A DNA stretch of 64,000 nucleotides from Bdellovibrionota bacterium (GCA_044345405.1 JBIJBE010000005.1:32001-96000); one strand, 5' to 3'. Counted from the stretch's first letter, positions 28,817-40,987 are shown. The notes: generated by a model not told the origin, from the letters alone. Program-made: numbers and translations.

Positions 28817-30445
28817 CTATCGCCGAGCCGTCCCAACCCACATAAATCGTGAGGATACCATCCCGTCGGCCGTTTCCATATAGGTGTACACCTCTCGACC
28901 CCGAGGGACGGAGAATTTAACTAACACCTCATATTCTCCCTGATCGTTGGTCACAACCTGCGCCACGGTCTTGTCTTGGACAACCAGGTTAAGCTTCACC
29001 GCCCCTACCGGAATGCCAGCGTCTGAGTAGACCTTGCCACTGACTCGATAGAGCCGCTCACGCCGAGAGCCGATAAACTGACGTCGAGCCGTGATTCGCG
29101 CGGGAGAGATGTCAGGGTCGCTTGCTGGTGGCTGCGGAGCCGCGGTTGGGTCGGTTGGAACTCCCCCTCGCGGAGTCATCAGCTCGGTAGAGATACATCC
29201 GTTGTAACGAGACAGGTGGTCCGAGATCTCCCGCACGCTCACACTTGAAAGGCGCGTCGCAGACGGGATCGATATGCTCGGATACATCAGCCCGCTTCTA
29301 TCACTGATATCGTGGAAACCCCCGAAGTTGTGCCCAATTTCGTGCGCGAAGATTCCCGGTGTCGCGGCGTCGACGTACGCTTGGGTCACACCGAAGGCGA
29401 GCGCTGGAGCCGCGCACACGGTACCGATATAAGCGATACCGATAACACTTCCATCCATGTCCTTCCCTGTGAAGAGATGCTTAAGGTCAACCTGCTCATG
29501 AAAATCGCCCCCTGAGCCCCCAAGGTTAGCGGCGTTGTCTGGATTACCAGTGAACACCTTCAGCAGGGTCGCTGAATCGGTCATCGTATATGGTGAGGTC
29601 TGTGTGTATACGTGCTGCTTCACCAATCGAAACCGAATCCCGAGCTGAGCCTCGTAGATCGCCTCGGCCGTATTAAGAATACTCGCTATAACCGCGTTAC
29701 TTGATTCGCCGTACTTCGCGTACCACTCGGGGTCGGCGTCCGTACTGATAGTTATAACTTTGGTAGCTTTCGACTCTCCGGTTTCCGAGTTACCAACCGG
29801 GGTAGTCGCGGGGTCAATCGGCATGATCGTGTATTCGCTATGCCCCTCAGCGTGCTGCGCTACGGCCGCCGCGATACTACCGGAACCGACCGCGGATCCA
29901 CACGCACCCCTATAAAAGGCGTGCGCCGGAACGCTCGATACCTTCGCGGAAACCCGTATTGAACCGTTCAGTAAAACCCGCACAGTATAGATACGCTGAC
30001 GAGTTCCGCGCGAGCCAGTCGCGCGCCCCGGGATCGTGATCCTGAGTTCATTATTAATGACCGACGCGGCGGTCGGAAACACCCGACGCCCTTGACGAAC
30101 CGTCCCACCGCCAACCGCGACTTTGCCCCGCAATAAGACCGGCTCGATAGGATCGATATATTTCGCGCCCCGCTTATCAACGAGAGAGGTCCACGTCTTA
30201 TTTCGACGAAGATTGAAACGGGCGTCGATATTTCCAAGATTCGGGATTCTACCGGCAACCTTAACGGTCGGTATGGCATCAAAGGTTTTCGAAGATGACG
30301 CTCGAGCCTGAACGTGTCGCAACCCTTCGACGTCGAGAGCGGCTCGATAAGGAGTAGTTCCGGCGCAAGCTGAGTTTGGCGCCAAAACCACAAAAACCAG
30401 GGTTACAACCAAAGAGAACTGCTGGAATAAACAGCCACTTCTCAT
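28817..30445 (-). CDS. Secreted M12/reprolysin-like zinc metalloprotease
   Basis: Signal peptide; GACG possible Cys-switch; GIAYIGTVC; HEIGHNFGGFHD plus Met-turn GLM; track start 30475. Confidence 0.85.
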   Translation of the reverse strand: MRSGCLFQQFSLVVTLVFVVLAPNSACAGTTPYRAALDVEGLRHVQARASSSKTFDAIPTVKVAGRIPNLGNIDARFNLRRNKTWTSLVDKRGAKYIDPIEPVLLRGKVAVGGGTVRQGRRVFPTAASVINNELRITIPGRATGSRGTRQRIYTVRVLLNGSIRVSAKVSSVPAHAFYRGACGSAVGSGSIAAAVAQHAEGHSEYTIMPIDPATTPVGNSETGESKATKVITISTDADPEWYAKYGESSNAVIASILNTAEAIYEAQLGIRFRLVKQHVYTQTSPYTMTDSATLLKVFTGNPDNAANLGGSGGDFHEQVDLKHLFTGKDMDGSVIGIAYIGTVCAAPALAFGVTQAYVDAATPGIFAHEIGHNFGGFHDISDRSGLMYPSISIPSATRLSSVSVREISDHLSRYNGCISTELMTPRGGVPTDPTAAPQPPASDPDISPARITARRQFIGSRRERLYRVSGKVYSDAGIPVGAVKLNLVVQDKTVAQVVTNDQGEYEVLVKFSVPRGREVYTYMETADGMVSSRFMWVGTARR

Positions 30446-30655
30446 ATCCTTCTCCACTCTTTTGCAGGCATCCATTCCTACGGCGGAAAAACGCGAGGGC
30501 GTTTTCTCTTACGATGCCCCTCGGAGAAGGAGGGCTCGAAAAATTTTCCAAAAAATTTACAACCCTTGTGCGAATCCCCGTAAGGCGGCTACATAAGCTA
30601 GAGAACCAACCCTGCGTGTCAGATGATTCGAGCCACCCCCTTCTCTCTTTTTCGA

Positions 30656-31867
30656 ATGACCCATTACGCCGCTCACCCCATCAATAAGTTCACTCACTTA
30701 CTGGTGTTATGCGCTGTTGTTGCCTCTGGTTGTGGTCGACCAACGACCGTCTCTCCAGAGAAGGCCTTTCGGCCCATTTCCGCTGAGCGAATCGATCTTT
30801 CAGACGATCTCAGCTTTGAGGGGCTCGAAGCCGCGATCGCTCAGCAGCGAGAGATACTGCGGAAGAGTGGCGACACTCCGATGAACTTCGGCGCCGAGAC
30901 CGTGTCACGGCGGGAATACGCCGAAGCACTCGACGCGTTGGTGGCAACCTTGAGAAGTTCGGAACCCGCGGACTCGAAGCTCACCTACATCCGAAATAAT
31001 TTTCGGTTCCTTGAGTGGTACGGGGGGAGTGATTGGGGCGAGATCCTCTTGACCAGCTACTTCGAGCCGATCATTCCGGGAAGCACGACAGCGTCCGCTC
31101 AATTTTCACAACCACTTTATGAAAAGCCAGACGACCTCGTGGTTATCGACCTCAAAAAATTCTCCGATCGCTTCAAGGATGAGGCAAGCCTACGGGGACG
31201 CGTGCACGAGGGGAAAGTAACGCCGTACTTCTCAAGAGGAGAGATCGATAGCGGACACGCGTTAAAGGGCCGAAAGCTCGAACTGTGCTGGGTTGATCCA
31301 ACAGACGCCTTCTTTCTTCACATCCAGGGGTCCGGGACCGTCAAGCTTCCCCACGGCGAGGAGCTCTTCATCACCTATGCGGAGAAGAACGGTCAAAAAT
31401 ATGTACCCATCGGTAAGTATCTTAAGGAGCGACTCGCCCCGCTTCCGGTTACCATGCAACGGATTGAAAGGGTCGTAAAAATGATGTCCGAACAGGAACG
31501 CTCCGATCTCTTCGCTAAAAATCCGAGCTATGTGTTCTTCACGAAATCAAAACGGAGAGCGATCACATCCCTCGGCGTTCCGGCCACGCCGGGACGGACG
31601 ATCGCGGTCGATTCAAAATTCGCCCCCAAAGGCGCGCTTGCGCTCATCTCCTTCAACAAGCCGTTAGTCGACCAACCAGAGTCAGTTGATAGAGGGACAC
31701 ATCCCACAACGAGGGTTTCACGATTCGTTCTCGATCAGGACTCGGGCGGCGCCATCACCGGAACCGATCACGTAGATCTATTCTGGGGACGGGGCGATGA
31801 GGCTAAAAAAGTAGCGGGAATACTTCAAGACAAGGCCCGAATCGTATTCCTCGTGCCTAAACGATAA
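30656..31867 (+). CDS. mltA: Membrane-bound lytic murein transglycosylase A
   Basis: Lipobox VASGC; LTSYFEP, FFLHIQGSG, NPSYVFF, IAVD, QDSGGAITG, DLFWG; track start 30623. Confidence 0.92.
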   Translation: MTHYAAHPINKFTHLLVLCAVVASGCGRPTTVSPEKAFRPISAERIDLSDDLSFEGLEAAIAQQREILRKSGDTPMNFGAETVSRREYAEALDALVATLRSSEPADSKLTYIRNNFRFLEWYGGSDWGEILLTSYFEPIIPGSTTASAQFSQPLYEKPDDLVVIDLKKFSDRFKDEASLRGRVHEGKVTPYFSRGEIDSGHALKGRKLELCWVDPTDAFFLHIQGSGTVKLPHGEELFITYAEKNGQKYVPIGKYLKERLAPLPVTMQRIERVVKMMSEQERSDLFAKNPSYVFFTKSKRRAITSLGVPATPGRTIAVDSKFAPKGALALISFNKPLVDQPESVDRGTHPTTRVSRFVLDQDSGGAITGTDHVDLFWGRGDEAKKVAGILQDKARIVFLVPKR

Positions 31868-31871
31868 GGGA

Positions 31872-32402
31872 TTACTGGTCCTCTTCCTCAAGGCTCGGCA
31901 CGACTACTCCAGGAGCGATACCTGGCGAGCCTCCCCGTTGAACAGGCACAGCGTTAGGGATCAGTCCCACGATAGCGGGATCGCTTGCGGGAGGAGCAGA
32001 GACGCCCCCGGTGGAAGGACCATCAGGCCCGGAAGGTATCTCGCGCACGATGTCACGCAGAATATCTTTCGACTCCTCGGAATCAGCACTCACCTTCTTC
32101 ACAGGCTCAGGTTCAGGGGCTTTCTTAGCGCGAACACTCTGCTCCGCCGCCCCTGCGCGAACCGAGGTTACCTTTCCATTCTTAAAAATTACTCTGGCGC
32201 CACCTTTATAGTTCCACACGAGCTCCTGCTTCACCCCGCGAACGACTCGCTCCTCCGGCTCTCCCCACGCGGCGAGAACGTCGCGAAGTGAAGCGCCTAC
32301 GCTGAATCGCTCGTCACGTTTCGCTTGAGCCTCACTAGAGGCGGCGTTAGCGCACGTCATGACACACAATCCGATCATCAAGGTTGTAAAGGTTACTCTC
32401 AT
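31872..32402 (-). CDS. Secreted hypothetical protein (SmpA/BamE-like small domain)
   Basis: Signal peptide; GASLRDVLAAWGEP...VWNY...VIFKNGKV pattern; Pro-rich tail. Confidence 0.6.
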   Translation of the reverse strand: MRVTFTTLMIGLCVMTCANAASSEAQAKRDERFSVGASLRDVLAAWGEPEERVVRGVKQELVWNYKGGARVIFKNGKVTSVRAGAAEQSVRAKKAPEPEPVKKVSADSEESKDILRDIVREIPSGPDGPSTGGVSAPPASDPAIVGLIPNAVPVQRGGSPGIAPGVVVPSLEEEDQ

Positions 32403-32581
32403 GTTCCCTACCCCGTGGCTCTCCCATAACGCAGACCGGATTCGTTTCTCACGAATCGCGCCGCCTCACTCAGAACACTATCGCATCCCGCTGTGAAACC
32501 AGCATCTCGTGTATCGGCTCGAGTCATTGAAACCCTGAGAGATTTTGAGCGTCCTTTGGCTAAGTAGCCTATCGCCCTCGT

Positions 32582-33988
32582 TTACGAACGGGGTTTAAGA
32601 TAAATGGAGAAGGTAGATCCCTGTCCCAACACACTTTCAACGTCGACGCGTCCGCCATGCACCTGGGCGATATGTTTCACGATTGCGAGACCGAGGCCCG
32701 TGCCACCCATCTGACGACTACGCCCTTGGTCTACCCGGTAGAATCGTTCGAAGAGGCGGGAAAGATGCGTGGCCTCAATACCGGGCCCCGTATCACAAAC
32801 CATACACCGGACGTACTCTCCTTGGCGTTCAGCGGTAATCGAGACCTGAGTTCCAGAGTCAGAGTATTTAATCGCGTTATCGATGAGATTGACGAACGCC
32901 TGCTGCATGAGACTCGAATTCACAGCCACTCGAATGTCGTCATCGATCGACGAGGCGAGCGAGATAGATTTCGCGGCCGCGTTAGCGGAACACACCTCAA
33001 TCGCCTCACGCACAATATCAGCGACCTTGTGATTCGAGACGTCCATGCGCTCCTCCTGATCCCCCGCCTCCAGGCGAGAGAGGATCAAAAGATCGTTGAA
33101 GATCGCGTGCAGGCGCTCAGCGTGCTTCCCAATAATTCCCAAGAATTTCTTGAGAGATTCAGGTTCATGCATCGCGCCATCAAGTAAGGTTTCGGCGAAT
33201 CCTTTGATAGATGTTACGGGAGTCCGAAGCTCATGAGACACATTCGCGACGAAATCCCGCCGAACGTTCTCAAGCTTGTGCACCCTCGTCATGTCTCGAA
33301 GCACTATGAGGGTTCCAGATGACGAGCCGTCATCCTGAAACAGCGGAGAACCATACATGTCGAGGATCATCTCTGGGTCTTGTCGCAACATCACCGTGCG
33401 CGTTGTGGGAACCATCGAGGAGGAGGCCTCCTTCATGAAACGTCGGATCTCATCGAAGAGGATAATCTCACCCAGCGACCGACCCTCGACATACGCCTTA
33501 GAGATCCCGAGCAGCGTTCTCGCCGCCTCGTTCATCCGGCGAATTCTCCCCTCCGAATCAACGGTGACAACACCCTCGGTCATGCTTCGTAGGATAGCGT
33601 CCTGCTCTCCGCTCAACTGGGACAGCGCTTGCACCCGCTCTTGAAGCTGCGTCGCCATATCATTCAAACCCTCGGTCAGGGCGCGAAGCCTCTTTCGACG
33701 TGGTATCTCAACGGGCTGCTCAAAACTCCCTTCGGCGAATCGAGCGGTGGCCTCTTCGACTCGCTTTAGCGCCTCCTCACTGAGATAGGAAAGACGAAGC
33801 CCTCCGCAGACGGCGATACCGATGGACATAAGGGACGCGACCACCGAGGCCCTAGAGATATCGGTGCTAAAGGTCAGTTGGAGGAGGAGCGGCACGGAGG
33901 CGATGAGGGCGATCCCTCCTCCCCACACGATTAATCGACCGTATCCACTCATGCTGACCTGACCAACTTCGAGCGAGACAGCGCCCAA
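32582..33988 (-). CDS. phoR: PhoR-like sensor histidine kinase
   Basis: Two TM segments, HAMP, PAS, RRDFVANVSHELRTP, NLIDNAIKY, RFYRVD...GGTGLGLAIVKH; the start may be 33952. Confidence 0.85.
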   Translation of the reverse strand: MGAVSLEVGQVSMSGYGRLIVWGGGIALIASVPLLLQLTFSTDISRASVVASLMSIGIAVCGGLRLSYLSEEALKRVEEATARFAEGSFEQPVEIPRRKRLRALTEGLNDMATQLQERVQALSQLSGEQDAILRSMTEGVVTVDSEGRIRRMNEAARTLLGISKAYVEGRSLGEIILFDEIRRFMKEASSSMVPTTRTVMLRQDPEMILDMYGSPLFQDDGSSSGTLIVLRDMTRVHKLENVRRDFVANVSHELRTPVTSIKGFAETLLDGAMHEPESLKKFLGIIGKHAERLHAIFNDLLILSRLEAGDQEERMDVSNHKVADIVREAIEVCSANAAAKSISLASSIDDDIRVAVNSSLMQQAFVNLIDNAIKYSDSGTQVSITAERQGEYVRCMVCDTGPGIEATHLSRLFERFYRVDQGRSRQMGGTGLGLAIVKHIAQVHGGRVDVESVLGQGSTFSIYLKPRS

Positions 33989-34010
33989 CGCGCTACTCTA
34001 TCCCAGTGCG

Positions 34011-34694
34011 TTATCCCTTGAAACGGTACCCTACTCCCCGGACGGTCTCAATCAAAGCACCAATCTCTCCGAGCTTCTTTCGGAGACCGACCACCTGAAC
34101 ATCTACCGACCTATCGGTAACGGGGTAGTCGTCTCCATGCACTCCATCAACGATTTGAGTGCGGGTGAATACCACACCTGGTTGGCGCATTAAGAAGTGA
34201 AGGAGCTTAAACTCTGTGTTCGTGAGCTCCACGAGATCATCTCGAACATGAACCTCGCGTCGCGTCGGATTTACTTTAAGTCCCTCGATGGCGAGCGTAG
34301 CGTCATCCGCCACGGGAGAGGAACCAACGCGGCGAATCACGCTCTTCACACGAGCGAGCAGAACACTTGGGCTAAACGGCTTCGCCACATAATCATCAGC
34401 TCCAAGCTCCAATCCGGCCACGACATCCTTCTCCTCTCCAAGAGCCGATATCATCACAATTGGGGTCTTCGACAGCGTCGCATCGGACTTGAGACGGCGA
34501 CAAACCTCAAGTCCATCGATTCCTGGAAGCATGATATCTAGCACTACCAACATCGGGCGGACCTCGTGCGCGATCTGCAAGGCCTCCTCTCCAGTACCCG
34601 CGGCCATAACCGTGTAGCCACTCTTGGAGAGATTGTATCTGACAAGTTCCCGAATATCCTCCTCGTCATCAACCACTAAGATAACATCTTTCAT
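34011..34694 (-). CDS. phoB: PhoB/OmpR-family response regulator
   Basis: LDIMLPGIDG, GLELGADDYVAKPFS, RSVDVQV...IETVRGVGY; directly upstream of the phoR-like kinase. Confidence 0.85.
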   Translation of the reverse strand: MKDVILVVDDEEDIRELVRYNLSKSGYTVMAAGTGEEALQIAHEVRPMLVVLDIMLPGIDGLEVCRRLKSDATLSKTPIVMISALGEEKDVVAGLELGADDYVAKPFSPSVLLARVKSVIRRVGSSPVADDATLAIEGLKVNPTRREVHVRDDLVELTNTEFKLLHFLMRQPGVVFTRTQIVDGVHGDDYPVTDRSVDVQVVGLRKKLGEIGALIETVRGVGYRFKG

Positions 34695-34909
34695 TGTTCC
34701 CGATTCCTAATCCCTAAAGGTTTCTCTCTTTGCTGAAATTCTACCGTTTTCCCTAGCCAAGGTATCCGGATAACGTCCAACTCACTAAAAACTAACAGAT
34801 GGGGACGCCATATTCATAGCGGATTTACTCAAATAAAAAACACCTTTCGACGGTGGGCGAACCGAGACTATGCTGCCACCACAACAACTACAACAGAGAG
34901 GTAACGGTC

Positions 34910-35302
34910 ATGGGGACAAAAATAGAATGCTTTGAATCGATAGCCAACGCGCCAAAAGCGGTCGGCCCCTATTCCCCAGTCGTGCGCGCCGGAAACTTGG
35001 TGTTCCTCTCTGGACAGGTCGGGCTCAACCCCGAGACATCTCAACTCGTGGGCGCGGGCATCCAGGAACAGACCGAACAGGTGATGAAGAATCTTAAAAC
35101 GGTACTCGCCGGCGTTGGGCTCTCATTCAAGGATGTGATCAAGACCGTCATCTTCCTCACTGACCTCTCGAACTTTCAAACCGTGAACAAGATCTACGGA
35201 GACGCGCTTGAGGGACACAAACCCGCGCGCTCTACCATTCAGGTCAGCGCCCTCCCCCTCGGCGCGATCGTTGAGATCGAGATGATTGCGGTGGTGGGGT
35301 AG
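34910..35302 (+). CDS. ridA: RidA/YjgF enamine deaminase
   Basis: APKAVGPYS, LSGQVG, KPARSTIQVSALP, VEIEMIA; GAGG before ATG 34910. Confidence 0.9.
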   Translation: MGTKIECFESIANAPKAVGPYSPVVRAGNLVFLSGQVGLNPETSQLVGAGIQEQTEQVMKNLKTVLAGVGLSFKDVIKTVIFLTDLSNFQTVNKIYGDALEGHKPARSTIQVSALPLGAIVEIEMIAVVG

Positions 35303-35335
35303 AAAACGATTTTCATCACGAGAACCCGTGACCTC

Positions 35336-35425
35336 GGAGGGTGCTCATTCCTGAGCGCCCTGTCGCGCTTGGCAAATCACCTTCGCCGTACGTAACCACT
35401 CGGCGACCAGGAATGGTCGCCCTCC
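35336..35425. repeat. REPIN cluster 2
   Basis: GGAG-GGTGCTCA-TTCC-TGAGCGCC (35336-35359) and inverted GGCGACCA-GGAA-TGGTCGCC-CTCC (35402-35425), 42-bp spacer. Confidence 0.85.
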
Positions 35426-35582
35426 CGACTTTGCGACTCGCGCTTAGGTCTATTGATATGGGGAGAACGAGGAGTCGTCGCGGAGCCCACCCCACAAGGG
35501 GCGGGCCCCACTCCGAGGAAGCAAATCAGGGAACTACAACCAACAACCTAAAACCCTGTCAACGTGGACGAGTAGATACGCT

Positions 35583-35639
35583 TCACAGTGTGAAGACCTC
35601 GCTCACCAATACGACAGAATTAATTCCTATAGCCGACAT
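35583..35639 (-). CDS. Candidate 18-aa peptide MSAIGINSVVLVSEVFTL
   Basis: ATG preceded directly by AGAAAGGAGGTGATCC; flanked by hairpins; below the ORF-track size cutoff. Confidence 0.55.
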   Translation of the reverse strand: MSAIGINSVVLVSEVFTL

Positions 35640-35751
35640 GGATCACCTCCTTTCTCAAAGCAGGCCCCCTTCCCTATAGGAGAGAAGGTTCGCCTGAACT
35701 AGGCGACCGAACTCAGATCATCCGATGAGAGATGATCGAGAACTTAGGATT

Positions 35752-35780
35752 AGAATGAATATCTATAGCGCATAGCGCAA
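35752..35780 (-). promoter_or_regulatory. Possible sigma70 promoter for the small-peptide transcript
   Basis: Minus strand TTGCGC-17-CATTCT just upstream of three hairpins; weak match. Confidence 0.3.
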
Positions 35781-35873
35781 TGACTAAAATGTGAGGGAAC
35801 GAAAACTTTTCTCTCTTGCGTGTCTCACAACAGAAGTGAGGTTCGACTCTCGGCGCCGGACTCATGCGCGCGA

Positions 35874-37070
35874 CTACTCAACGAACAACATGAGTCCCTT
35901 CAGGTAATCCCCCTCAGGATGAAAGATGCTCGTCGGATGACACGGCGCTTGGTGGAGAAAATCAACGACGCGAACAAATCTTCCGGCTGAGACCGCCGCC
36001 CGCATAATCGCGTCGCGGAACATCTCTCGTGAGATTAGTTGAGAACACGAGAACGTCGCGAGCGTTCCACCCGGTTTAATCTTCTTCAGCGCGAGCGCGT
36101 TTATCGTCTCATACCCTCGCATCGCTCGCTGCACCGCTCGCTGGTGCTTCGCGAACGCGGGAGGATCGAGAACGATAAGGTCAAAGGTATCTGGAATCTG
36201 GGTCAGGTAGCTAAAACAATCCGCTACCTCAGCGTTATGCGGGGCGCTCGCGAAATTCGCCACCACATTCTGCCGGCATAAATCGATCGCTGACTTGGAG
36301 GCGTCAACCGAGGTGACCGACTCCGCGCCACCAGCGAAGGCGTACACTGAAAACGCTCCGGTATAGCAAAAGGCGTTCAACACATGCTTACCACGCGCCG
36401 CGTCCCGTATCTTCTGTCGATTAACACGTTGGTCGAGGAAGAAGCCTGTTTTCTGGCCGCCGGTGATATCCGCCAAAAAGCGAAGTCCGTTCTCCGAGAA
36501 GGATACGACCTGGGAGGGCTCCGCGACGGTCGCCTCCACCTCGCCGGACTCCTCTTGCTCATCCATTTGAGACTCGACGCGACGAAAAATAACCTTTGAG
36601 AGACCAAGCTCTGGCATACCGAGCAGACTCCCCTGGATGGATTCGCGTACGCGCCACATCCCCGCCGAGTGACATTGAACGACCGCGGTGTCATCGTAGA
36701 GGTCAATCACGAGACCTGGCAGCTCATCCCCCTCAGCGTGGACCAAACGGAATCCATTTGTTGAGGCATTTCCAACAAGACCCAACCGTTCACGAACCCG
36801 TGTCGCGTTCGCGAGCTTTGCATGAATCAACTCACTCTCGCTTGTCACCTCTTCGAATGAGAGGAGACGAACGGCGATACCTCGCGTTCCCCAATGTCCA
36901 CATCCCAGCAGCGCGCCATCTTTTGAACGCACATCAACGAGGCACCCTCGTTGCAATGTGCCACGACGGTCGGCGATCGCGCCGGAGAAGATCCATGGGT
37001 GACGACGTTTAACAGCGGACTCTCGACCTTGACGAAGGACGACTACGGGACGCGAAGACTTTTCACTCAT
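35874..37070 (-). CDS. rlmI: 23S rRNA m5C1962 methyltransferase (RlmI family)
   Basis: RRHPWIFSG PUA domain, AEGDELPGL, GQKTGFFLDQR, FCYTGAF, LDPPAFAK, FSCS, EGDYLK. Confidence 0.9.
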   Translation of the reverse strand: MSEKSSRPVVVLRQGRESAVKRRHPWIFSGAIADRRGTLQRGCLVDVRSKDGALLGCGHWGTRGIAVRLLSFEEVTSESELIHAKLANATRVRERLGLVGNASTNGFRLVHAEGDELPGLVIDLYDDTAVVQCHSAGMWRVRESIQGSLLGMPELGLSKVIFRRVESQMDEQEESGEVEATVAEPSQVVSFSENGLRFLADITGGQKTGFFLDQRVNRQKIRDAARGKHVLNAFCYTGAFSVYAFAGGAESVTSVDASKSAIDLCRQNVVANFASAPHNAEVADCFSYLTQIPDTFDLIVLDPPAFAKHQRAVQRAMRGYETINALALKKIKPGGTLATFSCSQLISREMFRDAIMRAAVSAGRFVRVVDFLHQAPCHPTSIFHPEGDYLKGLMLFVE

Positions 37071-37349
37071 GGAGGGGCCTATGCTTTACTAACTGACGCG
37101 CCAACGTTTTGGGCGGGCGTCGTTGCAGTAGTACCACAGAGGCCGATACGCCAGTCAACGCTCGCCCACATCGGGCACGGCGTTACCGAGAAAGCTTTTC
37201 CTCACCCTCCCGCTAACCGTGCGGGAATATTAGATCAGGTTAACGAGAGGCGCGAGGCTAAACCCTTGCTCGCCACCGTAGTGACTGAAAGAGTGCCCCG
37301 CGTCCTGCATGGACGAGCCCTTCACGAAGGCGTCCGTAAGGTAAAAAGA

Positions 37350-38147
37350 TTACTCGGGAGCGGACTCCATCGAGCCCCGAGTGTACGGACGTCCATTAAT
37401 CGTTACCTGACTTCGAACATCAGAGACCCCTTCAACGTTGAGGATAGAGGCGAGCACCTCATCCACTTGGCGATGATTGGAGAGCTTTCCTTCAACGGTA
37501 GCTACCCCATCTCGCACAGTAACCTGCAACGCCTTCATCAATCGAGGATACTCCTCGCTCAAGGCGCGTCGAATAGAGTTCTCAAGTTCAGCATCGGAGA
37601 TTCGCGCTCCGGCCCGACCACCCTGAATGATCATCTGGTCGGAAACGGTACGTTTAGCGATAGATGCGGCGGATGAAACGATCCGCTCTCGAGTCGCTTG
37701 AGAGTCGACGGTTCCACGTAAAATCACACGGTCAGGCTCCGTGAATACGGAAACGTTATACCGGCCGTTCGGCACATCGCGACGGAACGCCTCCTCCATG
37801 CGAGTAATCTCCTCATTACGGCGAGACTGCGGCGCGTGGGCCACCGCGAGGCGGTTGTCCACTCGAGATACACCGTGCGCTCGTTCAGCCGCCTCCTGGA
37901 CTCGACGACGAGCCTCCTCGTTCTCAACATACCCCTCAAGACGTATCTCTCCACGGCCACGGTTATCGATATCAATATTGTGTGGGCCTATCGGCGGCTG
38001 AATCATCGCGATCTGATTGCTTACGTCACTATTGACCTCACGCCAATCAGCGCTGGCCGCGTCTCGCATACCATGCACACTGAACGCCGCGAGTGCGCAT
38101 CCCACAATGATAGTCCGATAAACTCTTGAGCGCGCACGAGGTGTCAT
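37350..38147 (-). CDS. Secreted BON-domain (OsmY-like) protein, three domains
   Basis: Signal peptide; repeated G.V.L.G.V...A....GV..V.N.L pattern three times. Confidence 0.8.
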   Translation of the reverse strand: MTPRARSRVYRTIIVGCALAAFSVHGMRDAASADWREVNSDVSNQIAMIQPPIGPHNIDIDNRGRGEIRLEGYVENEEARRRVQEAAERAHGVSRVDNRLAVAHAPQSRRNEEITRMEEAFRRDVPNGRYNVSVFTEPDRVILRGTVDSQATRERIVSSAASIAKRTVSDQMIIQGGRAGARISDAELENSIRRALSEEYPRLMKALQVTVRDGVATVEGKLSNHRQVDEVLASILNVEGVSDVRSQVTINGRPYTRGSMESAPE

Positions 38148-38344
38148 AAACTCTTCTCCCTAAGCTGTGGACCATGCCTCCACTAAAACATGGTGAACAT
38201 GAATCATCTTGCGCCGTGACGGTATGACCCACAACGCTCCCCTCTCACGCCACACACCCGGCTAAGGCCCTGACCGCAGGTTACATGCGGAGCTAACTCC
38301 TTGATATAAAGGGCTTGAACAGCTCACTTTTTAGGACTCTTTAA

Positions 38345-40169
<1,825 letters not shown>

Positions 40170-40171
40170 CA

Positions 40172-40987
40172 GTGACCGTTCAGATAACCCCCTCAGTAAA
40201 GGTCGGGAGGGGAGAAAAGCTCCTTCTCATAGCGGGCCCGTGCCAAATTGAGTCCAAGGATCATGCCTTCAAAATCGCCGAGTTTCTGTGCGAGGCGACG
40301 TCGAAGCTCCCTGTTTCACTTGTCTACAAGTCCTCCTTTGACAAGGCGAACCGCACAAGTGTTAAGAGCCAGCGTGGCGTTGGAATGGACGCTGGTCTCC
40401 GCGTCCTCGATGACGTTCGGACGCAATTCAAGATTCCCGTCCTCACTGACGTTCACTCCGAGGAGCAAGCGCGTGAGGTTGGAAAGGTAGTTGATGTTCT
40501 GCAAATCCCCGCCTTCCTCTGTCGCCAAACAGACCTCTTAGTGGCGGCGGGATTAAGCGGTAAAACGATTAACGTGAAGAAGGGACAATTCCTTCACCCG
40601 GCGGACATGCAGTTCGTCGCCGAGAAGATAGCGAGCACAGGCAACAAGAAGATTCTTCTCTGCGAACGGGGTACCTGCTTCGGCTATCGCGACCTGATCA
40701 TGGACCCTCGTAACCTCGTCATTATGCGAGAGACTGGATATCCGGTCGTATTTGACGCGACGCACAGCGTTCAGAGTATGGGTGGTGGAGCGGGCAGCTC
40801 CGGAGGCTCCCGCCACTTTGTGGAGATCCTCGCCCGAGCCGCGGTCGCGACGGGGACCGACGGACTCTTCATGGAGTGCCACGAGGATCCCGACAACGCG
40901 CCCTCAGACGGACCTTGCATGCTGCCCTTAGATCGGGTTACCCCTCTCTTAGAGCGTTTAGTTCGCATCCGAGAAGCCGCCGAATAG
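40172..40987 (+). CDS. kdsA: KDO 8-phosphate synthase
   Basis: AGPCQIE, KSSFDKANRTS, QIPAFLCRQTDL, KKGQF, DATHSVQ, SDG. Confidence 0.97.
   Translation: MTVQITPSVKVGRGEKLLLIAGPCQIESKDHAFKIAEFLCEATSKLPVSLVYKSSFDKANRTSVKSQRGVGMDAGLRVLDDVRTQFKIPVLTDVHSEEQAREVGKVVDVLQIPAFLCRQTDLLVAAGLSGKTINVKKGQFLHPADMQFVAEKIASTGNKKILLCERGTCFGYRDLIMDPRNLVIMRETGYPVVFDATHSVQSMGGGAGSSGGSRHFVEILARAAVATGTDGLFMECHEDPDNAPSDGPCMLPLDRVTPLLERLVRIREAAE

Noticed and set aside
35460-35585. TGA read-through (selenocysteine or recoding) extending the 18-aa ORF
   Set aside because: Further in-frame TGAs follow, there is no Sec-type context, and TGA is a normal stop elsewhere in the window.
35639-35655. 16S rRNA 3'-end sequence as an rRNA gene or fragment
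   Set aside because: Only 17 nt match and the flanks show no 16S or ITS sequence; better explained as an extended SD on the minus strand.
36951-37676. 241-aa + strand ORF
   Set aside because: Overlaps both rlmI and the BON gene in antisense and has no motifs.
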